A stretch of 64,000 nt of DNA from Dehalococcoidia bacterium (GCA_963664625.1 OY761541.1:2059670-2123669), one strand, 5' to 3'; shown: positions 37,684 to 47,330, counted from the stretch's first letter. Translations and numbers: made by a program. Notes: generated by a model from the sequence alone, not told the origin.

Positions 37684-38766
37684 ATGCACTTTGGCATGAT
37701 AATGGAATGCGATTACCGGTACGGGTCCACCCAGGAGGAGGCTTTTGACGAGGCCTTCCACTTGGCGGATGCGGCGGAATCTGGGGGCATGGACGGGGTA
37801 TGGCTGGCGGAAAGGCACTTCGCCGCGCCGCTTAATCCCTTGGACGACCAGGGCGCCGGCATACCCTCGATAGTGTCGGCCCCGCTCATCATGGCCAGCG
37901 CCATCGCCGCCCGCACCGAACGGCTGAGGATCGGCATAGCGGTCAACGTGCTGCCTTTGAACCACCCCATTCGCATGGCCGAAGAGATTGCCACCGTCGA
38001 CCAGGTCAGCCGGGGCCGGTTCGACTTCGGCGCGGGACGCAGCGGGTTCGCCCGTTCCTACGAGGGCTATGGCATCCCATACGAGGAGAGCCGGGAACGG
38101 TTCCAGGAGTGCTTGGACGTCATCCTGGCCGCTTGGACCAACGAACGGTTTTCCCACCAAGGGAAGCACTACACTTTCGACAACGTTTGCGTCCTGCCCA
38201 AGCCTTACCAGAAGCCCTACCCGCCGGTGAGGATCGCCGCCACAACCATCGATACGTTCCCCATGGTGGGTAAGCAGGGACACAACATCTTCGTGGGTCT
38301 TCGCGGCATGGACAGGCCCGACCTGGTGCGCAATCTGGAGGTGTACCGGCAGGCGTGGCGGGACGCGGGCCACGCCGGTGAAGGCGACGTTCTGCTGCGC
38401 ATCCCGGTCTACGTGGCGGAGACCGACGAGATAGCCCTCGAAGAAGCCCAAGCCAGCACCATGCGCTCCTACCGGCGGATGGCCCAAAACTACGCCGCTT
38501 CGTCCACCGACGCAGGGGCAACGGCTTCCGAGGAACGGGTAGAGCGCGGGCAGCGGCTGTCCCAAGTGACTTACGAAGACCTGCTGCGGGACCGGTTGGC
38601 ATACGGCAGCCCGGAATCGGTGGCGCGGCAATTGGCGGAGATACAGTCGGAACTGCAACTGTCCGGCGTCATCACCGAGATGAACGTTGGCGGGCTGATA
38701 CCCCAGGACCGGGTGCTCAACTCCCTCAAGCTGTTCACCCAGGAAGTGATACCGGCCCTTTCTTAA
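37684..38766 (+). CDS. LLM-class flavin/F420-dependent oxidoreductase
   Basis: MHFGMIMEC...GMDGVWLAERHF...LRIGIAVNVLPLNHPIRMAEE. Confidence 0.8.
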   Translation: MHFGMIMECDYRYGSTQEEAFDEAFHLADAAESGGMDGVWLAERHFAAPLNPLDDQGAGIPSIVSAPLIMASAIAARTERLRIGIAVNVLPLNHPIRMAEEIATVDQVSRGRFDFGAGRSGFARSYEGYGIPYEESRERFQECLDVILAAWTNERFSHQGKHYTFDNVCVLPKPYQKPYPPVRIAATTIDTFPMVGKQGHNIFVGLRGMDRPDLVRNLEVYRQAWRDAGHAGEGDVLLRIPVYVAETDEIALEEAQASTMRSYRRMAQNYAASSTDAGATASEERVERGQRLSQVTYEDLLRDRLAYGSPESVARQLAEIQSELQLSGVITEMNVGGLIPQDRVLNSLKLFTQEVIPALS

Positions 38767-38801
38767 AAACTATCTCAAACCTTGATGGTGGATCGATGCT
38801 A

Positions 38802-38827
38802 TGGATTCCCGCCTTCGCGGGAATGAC
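38802..38827. repeat. REP-like hairpin repeat (reverse orientation)
   Basis: tggattcccgccttcgcgggaatgac. Confidence 0.85.
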
Positions 38828-38861
38828 GGGTTGGGCAGTTCACCAAGTTTTGAGATGGCCT

Positions 38862-39650
38862 TTAACCCGCGTCGATTGCTGCCTCGGCTTCCAACCGGGG
38901 CAGAATGAACTCTTCGATGGCCTGTGCCAAGCCGTCCTCTTCGGCGGACGGGGCGATATAATCGGCCAACGCCTTCAGCTCTTCCGGGGCGTCGCCCATG
39001 ACGATGCGCGAGCCGCAGACCTTCAGCAGGGGCAGGTCGTTGTAGCTGTCGCCAGCGGCAACCGCGTCTTCTACTCCGGCTCCCAGCATAGACATCAGTT
39101 GCGTTGCGGCTGTGCCCTTGTCCACGCCTAAACAGGTGAAGTCCACCGCCCACAGGTCATTGTAGGGCAGGTAAACCTTGATAACCTGCATATCGCCGTC
39201 GCCGCTCAACTCGGCGGCTACAGCGTTGGCCGTTGATTCCGTCATATCCAGTGCAGACACCCTCACCACGTCCCAGCCGTTGATTTGATCAAAGCTCCTG
39301 ACCGAGTCCGCAGGATAGGTTGCTATGAATTCTACGCCGTGCCTGTGGAGATAACTCACAACCCTTTCCGCATTGGCCGGGTCCAACGGGCTGAACCACA
39401 GGATTTGGCCGTTGGAAGGGTCTACGATTCTGGCTCCCCCGTCGCAAATCTGGGGAGACGTGAGACCAACATGGTTGGCGTACTCCACGGTCTGACGGCT
39501 TTCCCGCCCGGTGGCAATTGACACGGGAATCCGCCGGGCCAACCGCTCCACCGCCTCTTTGACCCTGGCCGACACCTCTTCGCTGGGGTCGATGAGGGTG
39601 CCGTCCAGATCGACAATGAGTGCTCGGATCAAAGGATGGCGTTCGCTCAT
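38862..39650 (-). CDS. HAD-superfamily (Cof-type) phosphatase
   Basis: LIVDLDGTLID motif I and GDSYNDLPLL motif IV. Confidence 0.8.
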   Translation of the reverse strand: MSERHPLIRALIVDLDGTLIDPSEEVSARVKEAVERLARRIPVSIATGRESRQTVEYANHVGLTSPQICDGGARIVDPSNGQILWFSPLDPANAERVVSYLHRHGVEFIATYPADSVRSFDQINGWDVVRVSALDMTESTANAVAAELSGDGDMQVIKVYLPYNDLWAVDFTCLGVDKGTAATQLMSMLGAGVEDAVAAGDSYNDLPLLKVCGSRIVMGDAPEELKALADYIAPSAEEDGLAQAIEEFILPRLEAEAAIDAG

Positions 39651-40720
39651 TGAGTCAGGGCCGGGATAACTTCTTCGCCGAACAGTCTCAGGGATTTCAT
39701 GGACTGTTCCTGGGGCATGTCCCCGAACCGGTGGTTGGCGCAGAAGATATTGTACCCCACGAGTTCATGCTGCTCTTTCAGCTTGCGGGCCACCGTCTCC
39801 GGGCTGCCCACCAAGGCCAGGCCGTTGTCAATCCAGAAGTCGTAGGAGGATCCCATTCCTTGGAACACCCGGGCAAGCTCCTGATTGGTGGGCGTGTCCT
39901 GGTTGCCCAGGAAGCCAATGCGGGTCCTGGCGATGCCGTCCCTGCCCAACGCACGGGAGGTCAACAGCGGCTGTTCCGCCTGTTGACGCGCCAACTCGTC
40001 GGTCTCGGCGACGTGTACGGCCCGCATCAGGAAGGTGCGGGGCATGGGGCCGGGGTGTTCGCTCTCCTTCCACACCTTTCGGAAGTACTCGAACTTTTCG
40101 GCAACCACGGGGTCGACGTCCAGGTTTTGCGAGACGTTGTAGTTGTTCTTGGCGGCATACTCCAGGGATGCCGGGCTATGCGCGCCCACCCAGACCGGCG
40201 GATGGGGCTGCTGGAAAGGCTTGGGCACCGGAAGAGCCTCGTCATACTGCCAGTATTGTCCGTTATAGGTGACTTCGTCCTGGGTCCATGCCTTGATGAT
40301 GATGTCGAGGGCCTCGCTGGCCATCCTCTGCCGCTCGAAGAAGTTCATGTTCCACCGGATGAACTCGTGCTCGGCCACCCCGATGCCGGTGCCGAACTCC
40401 AGCCGCCCATGGGACAACTGGTCCAGCATGGCCGCTTCCTGGGCCAGCCGCATGGGGTTGTAAAAGGGCAGTTGGTAGATCATCACGCCGATGCGCAGCT
40501 TGCTGGTGCGCTGGGCCACCGCCGACAGGTACACGCTGGGGGCGGTGTTCTGGCCTACGTGGGAGTTCTGGTGCTCAATGATGTAGTAGGAGTGGTAGCC
40601 CAACTCCTCGGCCAGCACGGCCTCCCGCAGGTGCTGGTCATAGACCTCGGCGACCGTGGGCGCTTGTGCCATGTCCTGAACACCGAAGCCGTCCCACAGT
40701 GCAAACTCCAACTTTCCCAT
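39647..40720 (-). CDS. LLM-class flavin/F420-dependent oxidoreductase
   Basis: MGKLEFALW...GYHSYYIIEHQ...LRIGVMIYQLPFYNPMRLAQE. Start moved to ATG 40720. Confidence 0.8.
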   Translation of the reverse strand: MGKLEFALWDGFGVQDMAQAPTVAEVYDQHLREAVLAEELGYHSYYIIEHQNSHVGQNTAPSVYLSAVAQRTSKLRIGVMIYQLPFYNPMRLAQEAAMLDQLSHGRLEFGTGIGVAEHEFIRWNMNFFERQRMASEALDIIIKAWTQDEVTYNGQYWQYDEALPVPKPFQQPHPPVWVGAHSPASLEYAAKNNYNVSQNLDVDPVVAEKFEYFRKVWKESEHPGPMPRTFLMRAVHVAETDELARQQAEQPLLTSRALGRDGIARTRIGFLGNQDTPTNQELARVFQGMGSSYDFWIDNGLALVGSPETVARKLKEQHELVGYNIFCANHRFGDMPQEQSMKSLRLFGEEVIPALTQ

Positions 40721-40851
40721 GCGACACCTCTCGTAAGCCGTCTGAAAGGCGGTCTGGTTTCTCCAACTCCAAGTGGTCCCGGATTGGTCTCCACAATAAA
40801 TTAGAGAGGGGAGGGATCCCCTCTCTAACACACTGGTTACAGGTGATGGCG

Positions 40852-41091
40852 TTAGCTGCCTATGAAACGACTGGCGAAGGTCGCCACAACCACAGCCCCA
40901 CCCACAGCGATGATAGTGTAGAACAGGCGGTCAATCCGCCGGTTCACTTCAAGCAGAGCAGTGTTTGTCTGGCGCTGGTTTTCCAGCACGGTAGCCTCCA
41001 GGCTGCTCAGCCGTTCTTCCAGACGGCGCAACCCTTCCTCCAACCGGCCAAGGGTGTACCATATATTGTCGCTGTCAGCTTGGGCGACCAC
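40852..41091 (-). CDS. small tail-anchored coiled-coil protein (paralogous tail to 33207-33953)
   Basis: NRRIDRLFYTIIAVGGAVVVATFASRFIG parallels TRRIDRLYYGFLAMSGALAVAIIVGSFIQG. Confidence 0.6.
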   Translation of the reverse strand: MVAQADSDNIWYTLGRLEEGLRRLEERLSSLEATVLENQRQTNTALLEVNRRIDRLFYTIIAVGGAVVVATFASRFIGS

Positions 41092-41118
41092 TACGCTACT
41101 CCATCCGAAGAGTAAAGC

Positions 41119-41568
41119 TTAACTGAACACCAACTCCGTGTTTTTCCGGCCAGGGCGGCGCATTTCCTCCAACCCTTCTTCCGCGGTGTCGAAGGTGTTG
41201 CAGAACAACTCGATGCCGTTGCCGTCGGGGTCCTTGATGTAGATGCTCTTGGTCATGCTGTGGTCGGTGGTGCGCATCTCCATCCCGTGGTCTTGGAGCT
41301 TGTGGTAATAGGCGGTCAGCGTTTCGAAGTCTTCAACCTGGATGGCCATGTGGTTCAGTCCCAGCGCGCCTTCCTTGACCGGCTCGGCGTCGGGAGCGGC
41401 TTGGAAGAGGGCCAGGTCGTGGTGAATCCTGCCACAGGTCAAAAAGGTGCCGAAGCCCGGCCGCTCGACCGCGATCTCAAACCCCAAGACGTCGGTGTAG
41501 AACTTGGTGGAAGCTTCCTGGTCCTTGACGTTGATTACAAGATGGCCGACTCTCTTTGGTGATGGCAT
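41119..41568 (-). CDS. VOC (glyoxalase/extradiol dioxygenase) family protein
   Basis: VGHLVINVKDQEASTKFYTDVLGFEI ... LNHMAIQVED. Confidence 0.8.
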   Translation of the reverse strand: MPSPKRVGHLVINVKDQEASTKFYTDVLGFEIAVERPGFGTFLTCGRIHHDLALFQAAPDAEPVKEGALGLNHMAIQVEDFETLTAYYHKLQDHGMEMRTTDHSMTKSIYIKDPDGNGIELFCNTFDTAEEGLEEMRRPGRKNTELVFS

Positions 41569-41671
41569 ACTTCTTCTCCTTTTGACAACTCAATGCGCGC
41601 ACGCATTTGTTGAAGGTTACTATAACCCTGCGGTGATTGTTTGCCAAGAGTAGAGAGGTGCACCCTGTAGG

Positions 41672-42643
41672 TCAGGGCGCACTGTTGCGGGGCACGTCGT
41701 CAGGCGTGGTCCCGCTTCTCCGGTGTACATGGTCCACGATGGCGTTGATAGCCTCGTTCAGTTTCTCCTGGAGGTCCTGTTTTTCCTCCGGGGTCATGAT
41801 GTGGTTCGTCCCGCCGTACCGGTATGTCACCGCGTAGAGTTCCAACCAGTTCTGGGTGCGGGCTGGATTCCGGCTGTCGGCGTAGCTGGTTGCGTCCAAG
41901 AGGAAGTCTACTTTTTCCTGCACCTGTCCGAAGTGGGGATCGGTGTGGGTCTCCTCATTCTGGATGTCGGTCCAGAGGGGTCCGAAGTCGTGCCCCCAGT
42001 CCCGTTGTTGGTTGTAGGTGGATAGCAGTGTTTTCAGAGCGTTCTCGAAGGCTTGTTGTCCGGCGAATCCCAGTATCCGCTGCCTGGGACTGTTGTTTTC
42101 CACTCTTTCGTTGAATTCGTCGAGCCAGTCAAGGGCGTTTTCTATCCTGACCCTGGTCTCGGGCCAGTGGGATGGATAGTTAACCGTCCGGCCATTTACC
42201 GCCGAGAGCACAGAGCTCGCCGAGAATAACAAAAAAATCTCTGCGCTCTTTGCGTTTTCTGCGGTGAGAACGTCGTAACCCTCGATGTATTCTTCGTCCT
42301 CTTCATCGTAGTGCCGGTAGTCCGGTCGTTCCCGGCTCATCTCTACCCCGTAGGCGGCGGCCCGTCCCGCGATATGCCGGGCTGCCAGTCGGTTTGTCTC
42401 GAATTCGGTCTTGGTCATGACGCTGACGTCGCACCCGGTTTGTGTCGCCAGTCTTTCTCTTTCCCGGGCGGCCTTCCACCGTGCTTGAGTCTGCCAGTCT
42501 ACCCGGTTGGTGTCGTCGGGAATGATGATGAGCAGGTCGGTATCCGAGTTGGGCCTGTGGTCTCCCCGGGCCCTGGAACCGAAGAGGATCACTCTTGCCC
42601 CGGGCATTTCGTCTTGGACGGCCTGGGCGATGGCCAAGGCCAT
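41672..42643 (-). CDS. fused nucleotidyltransferase and HEPN-like protein with an in-frame 96-bp repeat in the linker
   Basis: GSRARGDHRPNSDTDLLI NTase motif. It is a paralogue of 11671-12531. The segment LTAENAKSAEIFLLFSASSVLSAVNGRTVN is encoded by repeat 42180-42275. Confidence 0.65.
   Translation of the reverse strand: MALAIAQAVQDEMPGARVILFGSRARGDHRPNSDTDLLIIIPDDTNRVDWQTQARWKAARERERLATQTGCDVSVMTKTEFETNRLAARHIAGRAAAYGVEMSRERPDYRHYDEEDEEYIEGYDVLTAENAKSAEIFLLFSASSVLSAVNGRTVNYPSHWPETRVRIENALDWLDEFNERVENNSPRQRILGFAGQQAFENALKTLLSTYNQQRDWGHDFGPLWTDIQNEETHTDPHFGQVQEKVDFLLDATSYADSRNPARTQNWLELYAVTYRYGGTNHIMTPEEKQDLQEKLNEAINAIVDHVHRRSGTTPDDVPRNSAP
42180..42275. repeat. 96-bp hairpin repeat, copy 1 (inside a CDS)
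   Basis: Collinear with 44252-44347 with about 6 mismatches. Imperfect inverted arms flank AATAACAAAAAAA. Confidence 0.85.
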
Positions 42644-42706
42644 CCGGTCCGGTCCCTTCGGTTTTTTGTCTCCGGCATTTGTCTATCCTTCTTTTGCCGG
42701 CAGCCT

Positions 42707-43132
42707 TCAGCCAAGAGCAGCGAGGCTGAAGGGGTTGATGACCCGGAGTCCATCGTAGTCTTGCTGGTCGTCCATGTCCTCGGAGTAAACCGCCTCACAG
42801 CCTATGGCTTCCGCTGCCGCCAGTATCGCCGCATCCCAGTAGGAGATGCCGAAACGGTCGCTGAGTTCCGTAGCCCTCCGGAAGACCTGCTCCGTCACCG
42901 GCTGCACGGGTATTCTCCTAAGGGTTTCAATAAACCTGATAGCCTCCTGATGGGTCAGCCTGTTGGCCCGGGACTTTCTGGTAGCCTGGTAGTAGAACTC
43001 GGCCAGCACTTGGACTGATAGGGCAAGGTTGTCCCTGTCGGCTAGAATCTCAATGGCCAGGGCGCGCTTGTCGGCCTCTGAGGGGTCTGCGCTGACGGCA
43101 TAGAGGAGGATGTTCGAGTCAGCGAGCCGCAT
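42707..43132 (-). CDS. vapC: VapC-type PIN-domain toxin
   Basis: MRLADSNILLYAV... is a PIN N-terminus with the conserved Asp. It overlaps the upstream antitoxin gene. Confidence 0.75.
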   Translation of the reverse strand: MRLADSNILLYAVSADPSEADKRALAIEILADRDNLALSVQVLAEFYYQATRKSRANRLTHQEAIRFIETLRRIPVQPVTEQVFRRATELSDRFGISYWDAAILAAAEAIGCEAVYSEDMDDQQDYDGLRVINPFSLAALG

Positions 43133-43394
43133 TGCGCCGGTACATCTGCTCCCTGGTCAGGTTGTCAGCCATGGAGACCCCGATCCCCTTCTGCTGGAAC
43201 TCCTCCGTTATCTCCCTCAGCTCTCGCTGGTGCTTTTCGCTCTCGGTTTTGCCCGAGGCTGCTTGGCCAGCCAGGTCCAGGAGCCTTATCATTTGGTCCC
43301 TGATCATTGCCGAGACGGAGGTCCCCTGTTCCGCGGCCATGATCCTCAGTCTTCGGTGGGTTTCGTCGTCCACGCTGACGCTGACGTTCTTCAT
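43119..43394 (-). CDS. vapB: VapB-type antitoxin (ribbon-helix-helix-like)
   Basis: MKNVSVSVDDETHRRLRIMAAEQGTSVSAMIRD. Confidence 0.7.
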   Translation of the reverse strand: MKNVSVSVDDETHRRLRIMAAEQGTSVSAMIRDQMIRLLDLAGQAASGKTESEKHQRELREITEEFQQKGIGVSMADNLTREQMYRRNAAR

Positions 43395-43634
43395 GTCTTT
43401 CGCTGCTGCTATTTCACTGAATCACTAATATCCTTGCAGGAGTTTATCTGCTTCACATTCCCGCTGGCAACTTGGCAGGGTTCCTTGGATGTCCGTCGGT
43501 ATCATCCCGTTTGCCCGCAAATTGGGATTTTGCTACACTAGCCACGCCTGCCGCGCCACCGTTTATTCGCCGGGGCGCCCCAGCTAGCCGCATGGCAGGG
43601 CGTAGCAGGCAGACCTATAGCAAGAGGAGCGGCC

Positions 43635-44255
43635 ATGATTTACGAAGTAAGGACCTATACCTTGAAACCGGGGTCGGTCGCCCAGTTTGAGGAAAACTTC
43701 GCCAAGGCGTTGCCGGCCAGGGAAAAGTATTCCAAGCTGGGCGCTTTCTGGCACACCGACATTGGCCCGTTGAACCAAGTGATCCACGTTTGGCCCTACG
43801 AGAGCGTCGACGAGCGCAACAGGATCCGGGCGGAGGCCGCCCAGGACCCGGAGTGGCCCCCCGCCAACCCGCCGGAAATGTACGTGAACATGGAGTCGGA
43901 AATATGGACCCCGGCCCCGTTCATGCGGCCTCTGGGCGGTGACCAGGCCCTGGGCAACATTTACGAGATGCGGACCTACACCTACGTGAACGGCGCAATG
44001 GGCGAGGTTATCAAGCGGTGGTCGGAAGCTATACCTCACCGGGAAGAGTATTCGCCGTTGGCCGCGGCCATGTCCACCGAGCTTGGCAATCTCAACAAGT
44101 GGCTGCATATATGGCCCTACAAGGACCTGGAGCATCGTAACCAAGTGCGTGAGGAAGCCGGCAAGAACCCCCACTGGCCCGCCCCGACCCGCGAGTTCCT
44201 GGTGAAGCAGGAGAACAAGATCGTAGTCCCCTCGTCGTTCTCCCCGATGCATTAA
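43635..44255 (+). CDS. NIPSNAP family protein (two domains)
   Basis: MIYEVRTYTLKPGSVAQFEENF..., with a second copy IYEMRTYTYVNGAMGEVIKRW. Confidence 0.8.
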   Translation: MIYEVRTYTLKPGSVAQFEENFAKALPAREKYSKLGAFWHTDIGPLNQVIHVWPYESVDERNRIRAEAAQDPEWPPANPPEMYVNMESEIWTPAPFMRPLGGDQALGNIYEMRTYTYVNGAMGEVIKRWSEAIPHREEYSPLAAAMSTELGNLNKWLHIWPYKDLEHRNQVREEAGKNPHWPAPTREFLVKQENKIVVPSSFSPMH

Positions 44256-44347
44256 CCCTCCGGCCATTTACCGCCGAGAGCGCAGAGCGCGCCGAGAATA
44301 ACAAAAAAATCTCTGCGCTCTTTGCGTTCTCTGCGGTGAGAACGTCG
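44252..44347. repeat. 96-bp hairpin repeat, copy 2 (starts within the NIPSNAP stop codon)
   Basis: See 42180-42275. Confidence 0.85.
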
Positions 44348-44442
44348 GACAGGCCGTACCGCAACCACCGGTGATTCCCCCATCCTTCTGTCAAAGAGAT
44401 GGGGGAATTTTATAATTGGCAAAGTCCGGGGCGAGGAGAGAT

Positions 44443-44841
44443 ATGATGGACCCGCACGCGACAGATATGGAAGACATAAAGGCGGCCAACCAGCGCTTTT
44501 ACGACGCCTTCGGCGCCCTGGACATTCAGATGATGGATGACCTGTGGGACACAACCGCATCGGCTATGTGCGTGCATCCCGGATGGGAACCGATAGTGGG
44601 GTGGGAAACGATTCGCGCCAGTTGGGCCGGGATATTCGACAACACCACGCTGATGCACTTCAACATCCGCTACGTCAACGTGGCCGTGCATGGCGACGTT
44701 GGCTGGGTGACTTGTGTCGAGAATATCTCCAGTGTGCTGCGGGGCCGCGCCAGCAATTTCGGCGTGCTGGCGACCAACATCTTCATCCGCACCGGGGACG
44801 GCTGGCGGATGACGGCACACCACGCTTCGCCGGCCATGTGA
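44443..44841 (+). CDS. SnoaL/NTF2-like (DUF4440-type) protein
   Basis: AANQRFYDAFGALDIQMMDDLWD... GAGGAG upstream of ATG 44443. Confidence 0.7.
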   Translation: MMDPHATDMEDIKAANQRFYDAFGALDIQMMDDLWDTTASAMCVHPGWEPIVGWETIRASWAGIFDNTTLMHFNIRYVNVAVHGDVGWVTCVENISSVLRGRASNFGVLATNIFIRTGDGWRMTAHHASPAM

Positions 44842-44932
44842 CGGGGGAAACCGGTCAGAGGCGGGATGCAACTGTCTGAATCAAGATTCTCAGGATTGCA
44901 AGGATTAACAGGAAAAAGAAAGGGTAATTGGC

Positions 44933-46177
44933 ATGGCTACCGAACCTGCGGGGTTGACCAGGACCGACAAGAACTTGTGGAACGCCGTCGTCAGCGAAGC
45001 GATGGCTTACCTGAAGTACAGCGCCTACGCTCACCGCGCCCTGGAGGAGGGACACCCGGAGGTGGCCCAGGTATTCCAGGAAGTCGCCGGAGCGGAGAAC
45101 ATCCACGGCATGAACCATCTCCGCGTCGCCGGTGAGATTGGCAGCACCATAGAAAATCTGAAAGCGGTGACGGTAGGAGAGGCCAAAGAGTTCAGCACCA
45201 TGTATCCCCGGATGATTTACGACGCGCGTGCGGAGGGCCGGGGCGACGTGGCCGACTCCTTTGCCTTGGCAATGGAGCGAGAGAGCCATCACTTGGCGGC
45301 CTTCACCAGGGCGCTGGCCGATCTGGAGGCCAAGCAAGCCGCCGCGGCTGCCGCCCATGAAAATGCCGATACTCACCCTCAAACTCGCACGGATGCCCAA
45401 GCCTCCTCTGGACTGCCGCCCGTTGTACCGGTCCCTGCTCAGCGGCCCGATCTGGACACCTTCGTGAGGGCCGCCATAGAGGTTGACCGCGAGAAGTGGC
45501 GGGTAGCGTCGCTGGGGAGGCTGCGGGAGGTGGTGTTCGGTGCCCAGGACGGCCTCCTGAGCACGGTGGCTCTGGTCGTGTCGCTGGCGGTGGCGTTGCA
45601 AAACCCGACGGCGGTGATAGTGGCGGGGCTGGCCGCTGCCGCCGCCGGCATGATTTCCATGGCCACCGGCGCTTTCCTGGGGTCGCGGGCCGAGCAGGAC
45701 GTAAGACGGGCGGAAATAGCCCGCGAGGCACGGGAAATCGAGGAAAAACCCGGAGAAGAACTGGCCGAACTTGTGGTTATATTCCAGCGGGAGGGCCGGA
45801 CTTACGAGGAAGCCCAAGCGATGGCCGACGAAGTGGCCCAAGACAAGGAATTGTGGCTGAATACGCTGCTGGAAAAGGAGCTGGGCATAACACCCGAAGA
45901 TACGGCCAGTCCCATCAAGGACGCCGTCACCATGGGGCTGTCTTTCGTTGCGGCGGCTATCGTGCCCATTATCCCCTTCATGCTGTTCGAGGGCAGGGTC
46001 GCCATTTCGGTATCAGTAACAGCGGCGTTGCTGGGGTTGTTCATCCTCGGCTGTTGGAAAGGGCGGTTGGTGCAAAAGACTCCCATCCTGCAGGGGTTGG
46101 AAATACTGGGAATCGGCGCTGTATCAGCCGGTATCGGCTTTGCCTTGGGTGAGATGATTCCCAGGTTGATAGCCTGA
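44933..46177 (+). CDS. ferritin-like (erythrin) domain fused to a VIT1/CCC1 iron transporter (MbfA-like)
   Basis: The N-terminus has rubrerythrin-like helices (EAMAYLKYSAYA...GAENIHGMNHL). The C-terminus has VFGAQDGLLSTVALV and TM helices. Confidence 0.75.
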   Translation: MATEPAGLTRTDKNLWNAVVSEAMAYLKYSAYAHRALEEGHPEVAQVFQEVAGAENIHGMNHLRVAGEIGSTIENLKAVTVGEAKEFSTMYPRMIYDARAEGRGDVADSFALAMERESHHLAAFTRALADLEAKQAAAAAAHENADTHPQTRTDAQASSGLPPVVPVPAQRPDLDTFVRAAIEVDREKWRVASLGRLREVVFGAQDGLLSTVALVVSLAVALQNPTAVIVAGLAAAAAGMISMATGAFLGSRAEQDVRRAEIAREAREIEEKPGEELAELVVIFQREGRTYEEAQAMADEVAQDKELWLNTLLEKELGITPEDTASPIKDAVTMGLSFVAAAIVPIIPFMLFEGRVAISVSVTAALLGLFILGCWKGRLVQKTPILQGLEILGIGAVSAGIGFALGEMIPRLIA

Positions 46178-46261
46178 GGAGACGCCAGCGGTCAGTGAAT
46201 AGTGGACAGGGTATAGTGGTCAGTCACTGCTCACCGGCCACCAGCCACTAATCACTAGCCA

Positions 46262-47170
46262 CTATGTTCGAAGGACCCGCTCCAGGAAGGCTTCCACCTC
46301 GGCGATGAAGCGGGCCGGGTTATCTCCCTGCACCAAGTGGCCGGCGTTGGGTATGGTTGCCGCGGAGCAGTCTGGAATCACGTCCCGCATCCGCAGCATC
46401 GTCTCTTCACTGAAGAGATCGCTTCTGTCTCCCCGCAGCACCAGCGTGGGGCAGTCTATCCGGGCGACACAGTCCCACAACTGCTCCGGAGTCCAGCCGG
46501 GCGGTTGGACGCCCCGGGTCCGCATGGCCTTGTCGTACTTCCAGGTCCACTTGCCGTCGGCGCGCTGACGGATGCTGTACTTCAACGCGCCAAGCGTCTG
46601 CTCCTCGCTGCGACCGGTATATTCCCGCACCCGCAGGACAAATTCCTCGAAGGTGTCCAGTTCATCCGGCAATTCCCGGAAGCGCCGCATCCGGTCCTGG
46701 CCCCTGCGCTGCGTCTCCGGCCCGGTGTCCACGATTACCAGCGACTTTAGCTTGTTGGGGTGGCGGGACGCCCACACGTAGGCGTTGCGCCCTCCCATGG
46801 AGTGTCCGATGAGGTTGAAGTTGTCCAAGCCCAACGCTTCCACGAAGGCGTCCAAGTCTTTCTGTTGCGCTTCGACCGAATAGTCCCCGTCGGGCGCCCA
46901 ATCACTGTCGCCGTGGCCGCGCTGGTCCAGCACGATGGAGTGGTAACGGTTGGAAAGGGCAAGGCTGACGAAGTCCCAGCTATGGGCCTGCTGGGAGTTG
47001 CCGTGAAGCATCAATATCGTAGGGTCCGCCGGGTCGCCCCACTCCAGGTAATGGAAGTTCATACCACCCAGTTGGATTGCCCGGTCGGCGGCCTCGTTCT
47101 CCTGGGCAAACGACACTCCCATCTGCCGCGCCGCATCGTAAAGAGTGAGACCCAGAGAATGAGACGCCAT
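46262..47170 (-). CDS. alpha/beta hydrolase
   Basis: MLHGNSQQAHSWDF and the GHSMGG nucleophile elbow. Confidence 0.8.
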   Translation of the reverse strand: MASHSLGLTLYDAARQMGVSFAQENEAADRAIQLGGMNFHYLEWGDPADPTILMLHGNSQQAHSWDFVSLALSNRYHSIVLDQRGHGDSDWAPDGDYSVEAQQKDLDAFVEALGLDNFNLIGHSMGGRNAYVWASRHPNKLKSLVIVDTGPETQRRGQDRMRRFRELPDELDTFEEFVLRVREYTGRSEEQTLGALKYSIRQRADGKWTWKYDKAMRTRGVQPPGWTPEQLWDCVARIDCPTLVLRGDRSDLFSEETMLRMRDVIPDCSAATIPNAGHLVQGDNPARFIAEVEAFLERVLRT

Positions 47171-47237
47171 AGGTGGACCCCCTAGCCGGTATAACCCTCA
47201 TAATACCCTCAGTGTCAAGGAACCCCCGGCGACCTGC

Positions 47238-47285
47238 CAGGGCCTTTTATTTAGCGAATAATTCACGCATCAATAAAAGGCCCTG
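47238..47285. repeat. 14-bp perfect inverted repeat with a 20-nt spacer
   Basis: cagggccttttatt (47238-47251) and aataaaaggccctg (47272-47285). Confidence 0.8.
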
Positions 47286-47301
47286 CCCCCCCGGTTGATT
47301 G

Positions 47302-47330
47302 TTGACAGTGGATGGCCCTACAATTACATT
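47302..47330 (+). promoter_or_regulatory. sigma70-like promoter candidate (TTGACA-17-TACATT) upstream of tRNA-Thr
   Basis: Consensus -35 with 17-nt spacing, about 90 nt upstream of the tRNA. Confidence 0.35.

Noticed and set aside
37678-40804. ORFs 37678-38658 (-) and 39620-40804 (+), opposite the two LLM genes
   Set aside because: The LLM frames are motif-supported. These are mirror-frame artefacts.
43584-45841. ORFs 43584-44267 (-) and 44855-45841 (-)
   Set aside because: They are antisense to the NIPSNAP and erythrin-VIT genes and have no independent support.
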